Source: Okamejei kenojei (taxonomy: Eukaryota). From it: DNA of 64,000 bases. Positions 1-11,167 of this stretch are shown here, in pieces. Numbering within the stretch: position 1 is the stretch's first letter; every line of letters begins with the position of its first letter. Location of the stretch: the NCBI GenBank assembly GCA_035221665.1, contig CM069164.1, forward strand, positions 19,220,001-19,284,000, given 5' to 3'. A program made the position numbers and the translations under genes. The notes beneath the pieces are model-generated. The model did no database searches. It had not been told where the DNA came from and saw only the letters and a program-made list of their open reading frames with translations.

Positions 1-26
1 TCCCCCCCCCCCCCCCCCCCCCCCCC
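1..26. repeat. Poly-C homopolymer
   Basis: Run of C at the window start. Confidence 0.9.
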
Positions 27-59
27 AATGTTAAACCGCTTCACACCTGAATGATGCCT

Positions 60-450
60 GAACAAATGGACCACTCTGCAAGAGATATCTGTACGTAACC
101 CAGATCATCACACAAACCAGTCTCGCACCCCAGTCATTTTAGCTTCTTCCCTCTCTGGTTAGGCAGGAGATACAAAAGCAAGGAAGCATGCAGCACCACA
201 TTCAAGTACAGTTTCTTCCTCGCTGCTTTTAGACTATTCATGGACCACTCATATGTTAAGGATGTATTCCTGATCTTCCAGTCTACCTTGATGTGGTCAT
301 TGCATTTTTTTATCTGCATCGTCTCTGTAGCTGTGGCAATGTATTTGATATCTATTTACCATCTGATGTACACATGTATGGTATGTATGGATAGAAGGAA
401 AAACAACGTCTTTCACTGTATCTCAGTACAAATGACAAAAATGAATCAAT
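60..450 (+). mobile_element. Degenerate Rex1/Babar-type LINE 3' end
   Basis: SHP.H..F.L.SGRRY.S....T.RF.NSFFP-like coding remnant followed by a tttcactgtatctcagtacaaatgaca tail shared with other copies in the window. Confidence 0.55.
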
Positions 451-670
451 AGCAAAACCAAGCTTTGAATTATGACTTGGCTGTTCAATAACTACCTTGA
501 TAGCACAGGGTGGAGCTGGAGACGCACTGAATATTAGTACTCGGTTGCAGATGGCACAATAACACCAGGAGCCTCCTTCATCCACAGCGAGAGAGTTACA
601 TGTAAATAGCAGTTATTTCTTGAGTTGGGCATTCTTACAAGAAGCTGTCACAGAACTATCTTTACAGATA

Positions 671-872
671 GGGAGGAAAGAACTGCAGATGCTGGTTGAA
701 ATTCAAGAGAGACACAAAATGCTGGAGTAACTCAGTGGGACAGGCAGCATCTCTGGAGAGAAGGAATGATTGCCGTTTTCGGGTCGAGACCCTGCTTCCT
801 GATAAAATGTGTAGGAAAGAACTGCAGATGCTGGTTTAATTCGAAGATAGACACAACATGCTGGAGTAACTG
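671..872 (-). mobile_element. Two adjacent Penelope-like element (PLE) 3'-end fragments
   Basis: gaactgcagatgctgg...gacacaaaatgctggagtaactc unit, present twice. Confidence 0.75.
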
Positions 873-879
873 TCTTTAT

Positions 880-1430
880 AGAATCATGATTAACGGGCTC
901 TGCAGATCAACTCGTCCTCGCCAACCAAGATGCCCCATCTTAGTTAGTACTTTTACCCAAGTTCGGCCAATATCCCACTATGTACCTTCTATCCATGTAC
1001 CTGACCAAATGTCTTTTAAATGTTGTATTGTACCTGCCTCAACTATTGGCAGATTCTGGCATATTGTTCCATATACCCATTGTCCTTTGAGGGGAAACCC
1101 TTTGTGAAACGGTTTCCTCTCAGGTTCCTGTTAAATCTTTCTCCTCTCATCTTAAACCAATGCCCTCTTATTCTAGATTCCTCTGCCATGGAAAAAAGAT
1201 TGTGCACTCACATTACTTATTCTCCTCATGATTGTTTACACCTCTATAAGATTACCATTCAGCCTCCTGTGTCCCCAAGGAATAAAGTCTGAAATGCAGA
1301 AATAAATAGGGATTACTGAAGTCCATAAGGATTACGTATGCAGCCCTGCCCTCATTAAACTTCATGGTTACTTCAAAAAACTCAATCAAATTTGTGAGAC
1401 ATGATCTCCCACGCACAAAATCATCCTGTG
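880..1430 (-). mobile_element. Old CR1-type LINE fragments
   Basis: The reverse strand resembles the CR1 ORF2 end (RRLRGDLIEV...SRTRGH.FKVRG.RF) plus an RT fragment. Confidence 0.6.
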
Positions 1431-2470
1431 TTTGTTTAAAGCCATGATATTATTGTTTTAAAAGATCTCCAAAGAAATTAATCCTCAAACAGTACGCTGC
1501 ATTGAAGTTGTTGGAGATGTATCTAAATTTGCAATCCGGGATTAGGAAATTCCTGCATTGGGCTGGAATCAAAAACTGGTAATTCTTGCTTTGTTCTATA
1601 ACATTGCATCATTTTCCATGCCATTGTTCGTGAGTGTCAGGCCAGATGAGCCCAACATAAACAAATGTTTCCAGCTTCCTTAACAATGTCAGCAATTCAG
1701 ATATGCAGTGAATGTCAAAGTTTCCATATTTTAATGTTCTGCAGGTTTACGGTTCTTCTTCTTTCTTGTTCCCGAAATTCTTCAGTTTGAAAGATGAACA
1801 CAGATCGTAAACATTTATTGTAATAAATGTTTTCAAAAAAAGTGAAGAGCAGGGCTGGGAGGGCCTGTTCCTGTGCTGTACTGTTCTATATTCTGCTAAT
1901 ATCTTCCGAATGATAGTTTGATGCAAAGTTATTCAGTCTCAATAAGCAAGTTGCCAAACGTTGAGTGTGACTGAGAGTTCAAAGAGCTGGAGTTATGAGG
2001 ATAATGAGTGCAGGATAAGATCAGAACTGTTAGAAATTTAGCAAAAGCAGCTTGTACCTCATTGATTTAGCATAATTTTTCTGCCTTGTGCAATTATTTG
2101 TTAAAAATTGAGGCTGTATGCAGAAGAGGAAAGTGCTCGGTTCATTTCCTAGCCCTTTGCTATTTGTTGCTCTCATCTGGTTGATGGAATTGCTGCTTGC
2201 GTTCTTGGCTTCCTTGTAAGTACCACTCGCACAGATGCTGGAGATTACAGCAGCAAGTTAAACAAAAGTAAAACAAGAGTGTGCTTGTCTTGTTGTGTGC
2301 CTACTCCTGTTCAAGCGAACACATTTGAGCCTGCTTGACACAATCGATGCAAGACAAATGTATTGAGCAACCGGTCACCTGCTCCAGTTGGTTCAATGCA
2401 ACACATCCTTTATAATTAAAGCCACATATAAAATCGCTCTATTTAATATTTAAATACAATTGGGAGAAAG

Positions 2471-2770
2471 GGGTGGCACAGCGGTGCAGCAGTAGAGCTG
2501 CTGCCTTACAGAGCCAGAGACCCAGGTTCAATACTGACTACGGGTGCTGTCTGTACGGAGTTTGTACATTTTCCCTGTGACCGTGTGGGTTTTATCTGGG
2601 TGCTCTACTTTCCTCCCACATTCCACAGACATGCAGGTTTGTAGGTTAATTGGCCTTTGTAAGTTGTCCCTCGTGTGTCGAATAGAATTGGTGTATGGGT
2701 GATTATTGGTGGGCGTGGACCTGGTGCGCTGAAGGGCCTGTTTCCACGCTGTATCTCTAAATTAAGCTAA
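2471..2770 (+). mobile_element. V-SINE (HE1-like), near full length
   Basis: tRNA-like head (A box ggtgcagcagtag, B box ggttcaatac), V-domain (tgtacggagtttgtac...ttcctcccaca) and LINE-derived tail gaagggcctgtttccacgctgtatctctaa. Confidence 0.85.
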
Positions 2771-2844
2771 GAAAACTAAACCCTTCCATTAGAACTGCTC
2801 AGTCTGTGTTCATTGATGAAAAGTGCCTGGGGTTGCAGGTCCAT

Positions 2845-3200
2845 CATCTCAAATCCTCTCCTGTGTCTTTTCTTCTGATGCTGGACTTGCTCTGTCGTGA
2901 GATTGTGTGTTGGTATGTGGTAATCGTTGAGTCACTCAGTCTTCTGATGTGGGCTTTGCAGTGACGCTGGCTCCTACTGATGGTTCCTTGGTTATTGTGT
3001 GTCTGTCTCTGTTGACCATCTTGATATTCTTTGTGTGGTGTGTCTATCAGTGTCTCTGTTGGACTGTACATCCTGTTGTATGTGTAACATCTTTCCTGTC
3101 ACCACCTTTGATGAGCATCTTCCAAGAGGCTTCAGTGTGATGTATCAGTCGCACTTTTCTCATTGTTTTTAGCTCCACTACCTTGGGACTGAAGGCTTGC
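2845..3200 (-). mobile_element. Possible ancient RTE-type LINE 3' remnant
   Basis: WKMLIKG and HCKAHIR resemble the RTE ORF2 C-terminus; heavily decayed. Confidence 0.3.
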
Positions 3201-3684
3201 ACCAGTTGGATATAACTTGCTACGGGAGCAGCACATATCTGTGGTTTTCCATCTGCCAGCATCTGACATAAATATATCAAAAGGACACTTGTCATAGCAA
3301 ATTAACCATGTTTGGCACCAGGAAAATTATATTCAAAGGGCATTCTGGATCTGACCCAGTCTCTGTGCCTACACAACACATCTAATCTGGTCCATGGGCT
3401 TAAGATGAATGTGTATTGATTGTAGAAACTATTTTCTAAAGCACATCCTGCATACTTTTCCCATTTTCCCTAGTCCCTTCTTTCTCAGCCACTCGGTTAC
3501 TCAACTCCAAATTCCATGTATTAGTTTTACTGTCTAGGATTCCGGGGAAAATGAAGATGTTAAAATAGCAAGGTGCACCATGAAAGAAAACTTCTCAGAG
3601 AGAATGTTTGTTTTCGACGTGCCTACTCTCAGACGGACAAATTGGACATAGCCTGCTCAATGATGAACAACATAATGATACATA

Positions 3685-3950
3685 TAGACACAAAATGCTG
3701 GAGTAACTCAGCGGGACAGGCAGCATCTCCGAACATAACTCAGCGGGTGAAGCAGCATCTCCGGAGATAAGGAATGGGCGACGTTTCGGGTTGAGACCCT
3801 TCTTCAGACTAGAGTCAGGGAAGAGAAAGATATAGACGGTCTCGACCCAAAACGTCACCCATTCCTTCTCTCCAGAGATGCTGCCTGAGTTATTCCAGCA
3901 TTTTATGTCTATCTTTGATTTAAACCAGCATCTGCAGTTCCTTCCTACAC
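3685..3950. mobile_element. PLE 3'-end fold-back (inverted-repeat) insertion, with an intact hammerhead-like core on the - strand at 3780-3807
   Basis: The left arm gacacaaaatgctggagtaactc...cttcttcagact is the reverse complement of the right arm, which ends gcagttccttcctacac. Confidence 0.8.
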
Positions 3951-4518
3951 ATAACAAAATATATATTGACTTCAGTTGGTCACATGGTGTAATGATGTAT
4001 ACGTCCAATATTACTTAAGCCCCATGTGTCTCAGGATTCCTTTCCTGAACCATTTGTGACTTGTCAGAAGGATGAGCTTATGTGGATGTTCACTGGGACA
4101 AGGGTCGGGGTACAAATTCTGAAACCTTCTAAACTCAAAAGATGCGTGACTGTTGCAAAATGTTGCAAGCTGTCTCTCTGCATCCAATCTGTACTTGTGA
4201 CCAATAATGGACAGGAAAATCTGCTAAGGTCCTTCAAAGACTGAGTGCAAAATTCACATTTGCTAATGAAGGTTAAAGGGCTAATAAAACCGTTAAACTG
4301 TTCAGTGGCTTTTTTCAAGCACAGTTTTCAGGACGTCAACAGTTACGCTCGTAAATAGATTGCTAACAAAACCAGCATTTATTGCCCATTTCAAACTGCA
4401 CGTGGGAATGTAGTGGTGAGCCACATTCTGCACCACTGCAGTCCAATGGGGAAGGTGTTCCCATAATGTTTTATTGGGTAGAGAGTTCTAGGGTTTGGAC
4501 CCAACAACAAAGGAACTG

Positions 4519-4650
4519 TGTAGGTAAGAACTGCAGATGCTGGTTTAAATCAAAGATAGACACAAAATGCTGGAGTAACTCAGCGGGACAGGCAGCATCT
4601 TTGGAGAGAAGGAATGAGTGACATTTCGGGTCGAGACCCTTCTTCAGACT
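4519..4650 (-). mobile_element. PLE 3'-end fragment truncated at the ribozyme edge
   Basis: Same unit; gaactgtg duplicated at 4513-4520 and 4651-4658. Confidence 0.8.
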
Positions 4651-5081
4651 GAACTGTGATGTATTTCCAAGTCAGGATGGTGTGGGTCTAAGGATCCTCA
4701 TGGGGAACAATTCAAATGAACTGATTTGTTCAAGCAAGTGACTTGTGCCTTGTAAATAATCTGTAGATTTTGAAGTATCAGCAGGTGATTTGGTTTCTGC
4801 AGGATACTCAGCCTTTCATCTGTTCTTGTGACTGGTCCAGATGGGTTTCTTCAGGAAGTTCGTAGTTGGGGCCTTGATAATGTTAATGCCCTTAAACATC
4901 AATGATGGATGTTGGACTGTCTTGTTGGAGATAGTTATTATTGGGGAGTTTTCTGTCTCAATGTCACTTAGTGTTTCATCTGCACTTGATTAGACCCTCA
5001 GCAAACTTCTCTGCTTGAGAACACCTACATCAAAAGTCTGCTTACCCACCACACCACCTCCAGGTCCCTCAGATCGGCTGA

Positions 5082-5392
5082 CTTGGAGTTACTCTAGGCA
5101 TAAGCTCAGGGGCGACCGTGCCTTTGCGGTTGCAGTTCCTAGACTGTGGAACAACATCCCTCTTTCCATCAGAACTGCCCCCTCCATCGACTCTTTTAAG
5201 TCGAGAGTAAAAACTCATCTTTACTCTCAAGCCTTTCTTGACGTCCTCTGAGTGAGAGCTATATGTATGTATTTATGTATGTACTTAATCTATGAACCAC
5301 TGTTGTATAACGTTAGTACCTCCAGCAATGTGGTCAACGAGAGTTGTTTTTTAAAAATGCTATAGAAATAAAAATGACTTGACTTGACTTGA
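5082..5392 (+). mobile_element. L2-type LINE 3' end
   Basis: RGDRAFAVAVPRLWNNIPLSIRTAPSIDSFKSRVKTHLYSQAF (typical L2 ORF2 C-terminus), then AATAAA and a (GACTT)n tail. Confidence 0.8.
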
Positions 5393-5555
5393 AGGAAGGT
5401 CAGATAAGGCAGCTAAAGATGGTTGAGCATAAGGCACTGCTCTAAGAAACTGTGGGTAGATCCAGTATCTGGGATGATTTAACAAGATCTTCCTCTTCGT
5501 GAGGTATGCTAACAACTATTGCAGGGTTTTCTCCAGGATTCTCATTGACTCTGGG

Positions 5556-5838
5556 CAGCAGTAGGGTTGCTGCATTACAGCGCCAGAGACTTGGGTTCGA
5601 TCCTGACTACTGGTGCTTGTCTCTACGAAGTCTGTATGTTCTCCCTTTGACCTGTGTGGAATTTCTCCGGGATTTCTGGTTTTCTCCCACACTCCAAAGA
5701 AATCCAGGTTTGTAGGTTAATTGGCTTGGTATAATTGTAAATTGTCCCTTGTGTGTGCGGGACCATGTTAGTGTGCAGGGATCGCTGGTCGGCGTGGAAA
5801 AGGTTTCCGCGCTGTATCTCTGAACTCAACTAAACTAA
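5556..5838 (+). mobile_element. V-SINE (HE1-like)
   Basis: B box gggttcgatcc, V-domain and 3' tail. Confidence 0.8.
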
Positions 5839-6040
5839 AGACTTACATTTTACCAGGGCTTTCAGATGCCCCACTCTCAAATGCTGCCACTTTTTGTCTA
5901 GACTGTCATTGTCGCCACGTCTCTGGGATTCACCTCTAATGTCTATAGTTGGATCGAGGCTGCAGTAGAATAATCTTGGCAGAACTCGAACTGGGTATCT
6001 ATCAGTGAGCTGCTGCTGGAGAGAGTGTGCCACTGAATAG

Positions 6041-6228
6041 TGTAGGAAGGAACTGCAGATGCTGGTTTAAATCGAAGATAGACACAAAATGCTGGAATAA
6101 GTCGGCGGGACAGGCAGCCTCTCTGGAGAGAAGGAATGGGTGACGTTTCGGGTCAAGGTCTGAAGAAGGGAAAATTCACCCATTCATTTTCTCCAGAGAC
6201 GCTGCCTGCCCCACTGAGTTCAGTATTT
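6041..6228. mobile_element. PLE fold-back insertion with 15-bp TSD
   Basis: tgtgccactgaatag at 6026-6040 and 6229-6243; inverted arms. Confidence 0.8.
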
Positions 6229-6556
6229 TGTGCCACTGAATAGCACAGTCAACGGGATATCTCATTAGTTCAATGAGTGAGAGTGGGCTTACTGGATGGT
6301 GAATAATGGGATTGGATTTGCCCTGCTTTATGCGGTGAGCGGAATATGCCTCGGCAATTTTCCACATTATTGGATTGATACCAGTGATGTATCTGTCTTG
6401 TAAGGGCTTGGCTGGTGGTGCAGCTGGATTTGGAGTACAGGTCTTCAGTGTTAGTGTTGGGATGCTGTCTGTTTGTAATCTGGAAGTGTGCAATGCATAC
6501 ATCTCTTACCTAAGGCCACAGATCTTTGTGCTGGTGGTGTTTGTGTCAGTCATGTT

Positions 6557-7412
6557 TGTTCCACTTAGGAAACCTGAATGGAAACCTCTGGTGACCTTGC
6601 GCCCCACCCAAGGTTTCCGTGAGGTTCCCGGAGGTTCGGGTCACTCTCCCTAATGGTCGAAAGTGATTTCCGGGTAGTCATGGCTTCTTCTATGTTCCCG
6701 CGATTATTTCAACAAAATCATAACTGGATTCGACTAAAAATAGGTTGCTGTTTGGTCAAAGCCAGTGGAGTGGGGTCGCTATTTACTTACAGACGGTCGA
6801 AGGCAATCTCCTTCGCTGGCCGGCCATTTTGATTGGCTGATTGGAGTTTTCAGCAAAGATCCTATAGGATCTTTGGTTTTCAGGAGCGAGAAGATCCGCC
6901 GGAAGGTAAAATGCCCGCTAACTTTATTAAACGATTTAAAACTGTCTCCACTCCTTCTCTCTCCCCTTCTCTCTCCCCTTCTCAACCCCCTTCTCAACCC
7001 CCTTCTCAACCCCCTTCTCAGCCCCTTCTCAACCCCCTTCTCAACCCCCTTCTCTCCCCCATTCTCTCCTTCCTTCTCTCTCTCCTCCTCTCTCCTCCTC
7101 TCCCCTTCTCTCCCTCCCTCCCGCGCTCTCTATAGGACTTACTGTGCTCTGTGGCAGCCGTTTACCTTCCTCTTCATCGTGCAGACAACACTCCTCCGCT
7201 GTCCCTGGCCCCCACCTTCGCGATGTGTGTGTGTGTGCGTGTGTGCGGTCGGTAGCAAACATCTTATAGGATCTCTGATCAGTAGATGCAGCTCACGCTT
7301 CGGTCAAGCCTTTCCAGGCGAGTGACCAAAACCTCTGACGACTCATGGAAACCTTGGGTGGGGCTCAAGGTCACCAGAGGTTTCCGTTCAGGTTTCCTAA
7401 GTGGTACAGGGG
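6557..7412. mobile_element. MITE-like non-autonomous DNA transposon with ~90-100 bp TIRs
   Basis: ccacttaggaaacctgaatggaaacctctggtgaccttg...caaggtttcc (from 6561) is matched by its reverse complement ending ...ggtttcctaagtggtacagggg (to ~7412). Confidence 0.75.
6950..7120. repeat. 12-bp minisatellite (CCCCCTTCTCAA)n and CT-rich tract inside the MITE
   Basis: Directly visible tandem units; they generate the LLNP/PPSQ repeats in the ORF track. Confidence 0.85.
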
Positions 7413-7457
7413 CAGAACATTCTTGGCAGAGTTCTTGAATATTGTGTTTGGTTCCAG

Positions 7458-7670
7458 GAAATAATTGAAGCAAAACAGCAGTTGGAAGAGGTGTTGACAG
7501 CTAAAGAAGATCAGCAGGAGATGTTGAGACGACGAGAACGAGAACTGACAGCACTTCGGGGGGTTCTGAAAGAGGAGGTATCTAACCGTGACCAGGAGAC
7601 TGAGGAGCTCAAAGAACAGCATGAGAAGGAGAAGCAGAAACTGAAGAAAAATATTGAAGATCTGTTGCAG
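7458..7670 (+). CDS. CGNL1: Cingulin-family (CGNL1-like) coiled-coil exon A, 71 codons: EIIEAKQQLEEVLTAKEDQQEMLRRRERELTALRGVLKEEVSNRDQETEELKEQHEKEKQKLKKNIEDLLQ
   Basis: ttccag|GAA acceptor and CAG|gtaatt donor. Contains the cingulin-family signature RERELTAL.G.LKEEV..DQE. Aligns without gaps to the equivalent 71-aa stretch of human CGNL1 as recalled. Confidence 0.88.
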
Positions 7671-7956
7671 GTAATTGAACCATTTTCTTGCATAATTATC
7701 TTTTGAAAGCATTATGGACAGAGTGGTGGAGCTGATGGGAAAACAATCTTTCCGTCTGCTTCAATCTGCCCGATAGGTGCTGCACGGATAGACACTGTCC
7801 GTCCTGCTTCATCCCTCTCAGATTCAGAATCCAGGACAGGGCAGTCCAGTAGCTCACAAGCAGCTCACTGCAGATATGAACAAATTAAGTTTAAATCTAA
7901 TAAATTTGGTTTTGTTCTTTGAGTTGAATACTTCAGTGAGAAATAATTGCCAGAAA

Positions 7957-8077
7957 GGCAGCACATGTGGCGGAGCTGTTGTCTCCTGGCGCCAGAGACC
8001 TGGATTTGATCCTGACCTGGAGTGCGGTCTGTGTGGAGTTTGCTCGTTCTCGCTGTGACTCTGTGGGTTTCCTCCGT
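7957..8077 (+). mobile_element. Truncated V-SINE (head plus part of the V-domain)
   Basis: gcgccagagacctggatttgatcctgac...tgtgtggagtttgc...tgggtttcctccg. Confidence 0.65.
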
Positions 8078-8916
8078 GGGATGTAGAGCCTGTGTCCATG
8101 CTGTGGCTTTCCATCAACTCGGGACAGTTAACAGGAACTGCTTGCAATCTTGTGCAATGATGCAGATTGTCATCACACTACATGTACAGAGTAATACTGA
8201 CATAGACTTGGATGCTAAGTTCTTTAATTTTGCTTTATCATGTCATGATAAACCATTTGGCACCTAATGTGGAGATGAATGCAGTAAAACCCTCCTCACT
8301 TCCTCATGTAACTGGCCAATATGTTAATGAGTGGCAGTCTGAAGTAGTTCACTTGCTACCAAAGCACTGTAAATGTAAGTGACAAGATGAAAGTTTGTTA
8401 TATGCTGCAATTGGCCTGAAAAATGACCTATAAGTAGGTCAGAGGCTGGCAGCAGGATGAGTCTATAAATAGTGCTTCTGCTCTCTCTATGGCCTTTCAA
8501 TCTTCCTGCATTTGCACCGAATTAAGTTTTATTAATTAGTGTAAATTATTTTTACAAGCAGTCATTTTCTTTAATGTACAATAGAACAAGTTTCAAAATT
8601 AAATCTAATTACAAGATCACTCATGTGTGAGTCATTTGAACATAATTAATCTCTGGATTTTGAGATTCACACCCCTGCTGCTGAATGTCAAATAAATGTT
8701 ATGCCAAAGATTCATAACTTACCAATGATATTCTTCCTGTTAAACCCTTGCTTCATACTGTGGGTGATTTGGGGGCTTAGAGGGCCGGTGGGCTAACAGC
8801 AGTGGTCTTTGCACTTTTGGCTTCCAATGACAGATCCTGTAAAGCCTGCACCGTAGCAGGTCGAGACAAGCTGAAACCTCCCAACCCCACCGACCCCAGT
8901 GTGGCTGCAGGAATAG

Positions 8917-9444
8917 GGTGGCATAGTGGTGCAGCACTGGAGTTGCTGCCTGTCAGTGCCAGAGACTTGGGTTCAATCCTGACCACTGGTGTTGTCTGTA
9001 CGGAGCTTGTACATTTTTCCTGTGTAGGTTTTCTCCGGGTGCTCTAGTTTCATCCCACACTCCAAAGACATACAGGTCAGTAGGTTAAATGGCTTCTGTA
9101 AATTGTCCCTAGTGTGCAGGATAGGAATAGGAATACTTTTATTGTCACATGTGACTAGGCACAGTGAGATTCTTTGCTTGCACACACAATGTATACAAAT
9201 AGCAGCCACCTACGGCACTGACAAAGATAAAAAGCCATCCGGCTCCCCCCGCCCCAACAGTTCCCCCATGCCGGGTCCCCGTTGTCCTTTGTCCTCCCCC
9301 GCCTCCCTCAGGGCGGTCCCCCCACGCAGGGTCCTCCGTTGTTCTTCTCCTCCCCCCGCACGGCAGATAGTGTTAGTGTATGGGGTGATCGCTGGTTGGC
9401 GCGGACTCTGTCGGCCAAAGGGGCCAGTATCTCTAAAGTAAAAT
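8917..9444 (+). mobile_element. V-SINE split by a ~240-bp GC-rich insertion at 9125-9365
   Basis: The SINE body stops at ...gtgtgcaggatag and resumes at gatagtgttagtgtatggggtgatcgctgg; gatag is duplicated. Confidence 0.8.
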
Positions 9445-10826
9445 AAATGCCCGTGTCCTCATTACTGGTGTTCCCAATTTCGGCTGCAAACCGGTTATTG
9501 ATGTTTCCACTCTTCCCAGCACAAGGCATTGAATGCAATCCATCTCACAGCAAAAAGACACGATGGGGGGAGGGGTGTGCAGGAACACACTTTATTCACC
9601 AACACTCCCAGTGATACACTGCTGACCTCACTAGAACGCAGATCCGCAGATAAGAAGTCAGGGGATGGATGACAAGGGGTTTGTGTGAATCTTGTGTGTG
9701 TGTGTGTATCTGTTGACTGTGAGAGCCAGCTACTCAGAATGCCAGAAAGTGGAAGTTGGAGCTACTCAGATTTATGGTCAAAGAGCAAGGATATGGGAGA
9801 ATTGATTTACAGAATAGCAGCAGAAATGTGAAGCTACATTTGCTGATGGATAATAAGATATGGAGATTTTTGATGCAACACAAACAAGTGCTTTCGTGTG
9901 TGGGACAGAGCTGGGGAGGCCATTAACGAGATTAGCACCAAGATATCTGATGGGGAATTCAGGGCGTTTGGGAATATCGAAATGGTTACCGCATGGGGTT
10001 ACTGAGGTCAATCGTATGGATGCTTTTGCAGGGAAGTTGTATTAGTTTATCAGGATGGGTTGTGTTTAAAAACTAGGGACTGGAGTGGCCTTGGGTGAAG
10101 CACAAATGGCGTCACTGGCTGGCACTAAACTGTTTCTCTGCCCGACTCTCTGAGGTCAGTTTCTAACAGAAATTGGAAACTAATCCTTCCTTCTAATTGC
10201 ACAGACTGTTTGGGTGACCTCATGCTTGCAATGTTCATGGTACAGTTTTTTTGATGGGTGTAAGTGTTATCCTCTGACGTAATCCATTTGACCGGGACAA
10301 ACAGACGGAGGAGCCAGAGCTGCTGTGTGCTTCTTTTAAAGAAGGAATTTGAGCTGAACCTATTTGAGTTCAGCCTGAGTTTTGAGTTTTAAGTAATCAG
10401 GGCACCATAGAAGTTTGATTTCACACAATAAACTATTTTCACGTTTTCCAGGATAGTGGTTCTCCTTTGGGAAATTGGATCTGTAAATTTGTACCCTTCT
10501 TTAGAGGCTAGACTATCATTCAACATGTAATGCGATTTTAAGACTGCTCCATGGTCATCTTTCAGTATTCCTGCTTTTTTTTTAAATAATGAGAGTGCTT
10601 GTATTACAGTGAAATTACTGTGACCCTCTTTTACCAGGTTTGCTGTGAAGTGGTGAATTCCTTTTAAAGTCATTTTTGTAACTATTCGCCAAAACGACCT
10701 AGCACATAAATAGTTTAATTAGTTATCATATTTTAGCAATAGAGACAGCATTTATTCTGTGAAGAATATGGTGGATTTGCCACAGCAGTGCTCGATGGCC
10801 AGAGAGTAAATGAAGACTACATCTTA

Positions 10827-11167
10827 AAGCTTTGTCCCACAGTGTGAGTTATTTCCCAAAGCTGTCCCGAGTTTAAAAAAAAAAATCAAACTCGTGGTAA
10901 GCACGGAGAATGTAACTAGCGGGTACGTCGGAGCTGGGGGACGTTCTTAGCGGCTCATACTCGGGAAGACTCTGGACTCAGGTTCTTGGGAAGACTCGCT
11001 AATGGCAGGTAAGCTCGGGAAGACTCGGGAAGATATTTCAACATGTTGAAAAATGTCCACGAGAGCCCCGAGTACCGATGAGCGGTTATTACTGTAAACC
11101 TCCGAGTTCGAATCAGGGCAAACTCGGGAGAACTCTTGGAATGAACTCGTACCGTGGGACAGGGCTA
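10827..11167. mobile_element. MITE-like element with ~45-bp imperfect TIRs, possibly PIF/Harbinger type
   Basis: agctttgtcccacagtgtgagtt...cccgagttt versus the reverse complement of aaactcgggag...accgtgggacagggct. TTA flanks both sides; internal ctcgggaagactc repeats. Confidence 0.65.

Larger units (their letters stand above)
4660..6500 (-). mobile_element. Ancient CR1/L2-group LINE ORF2 remnant, interrupted by younger insertions
   Basis: ORF 6176..6502 contains DSIPTLTLKTC...WKIA...KQGKSNP..HPVS.LS, i.e. the GPD.IP..VLK.C...WK.A...K..NYRPISLLS pre-RT block. Confidence 0.6.

Noticed and set aside
2471-2545. tRNA gene (A/B boxes, also at other SINE heads)
   Set aside because: It continues directly into the V-domain and LINE tail, so it is a SINE head and not a cloverleaf tRNA.
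6765-7325. 186-aa ORF with LLSP/LLNP repeats
   Set aside because: It is a translation of a stop-free minisatellite inside a MITE.
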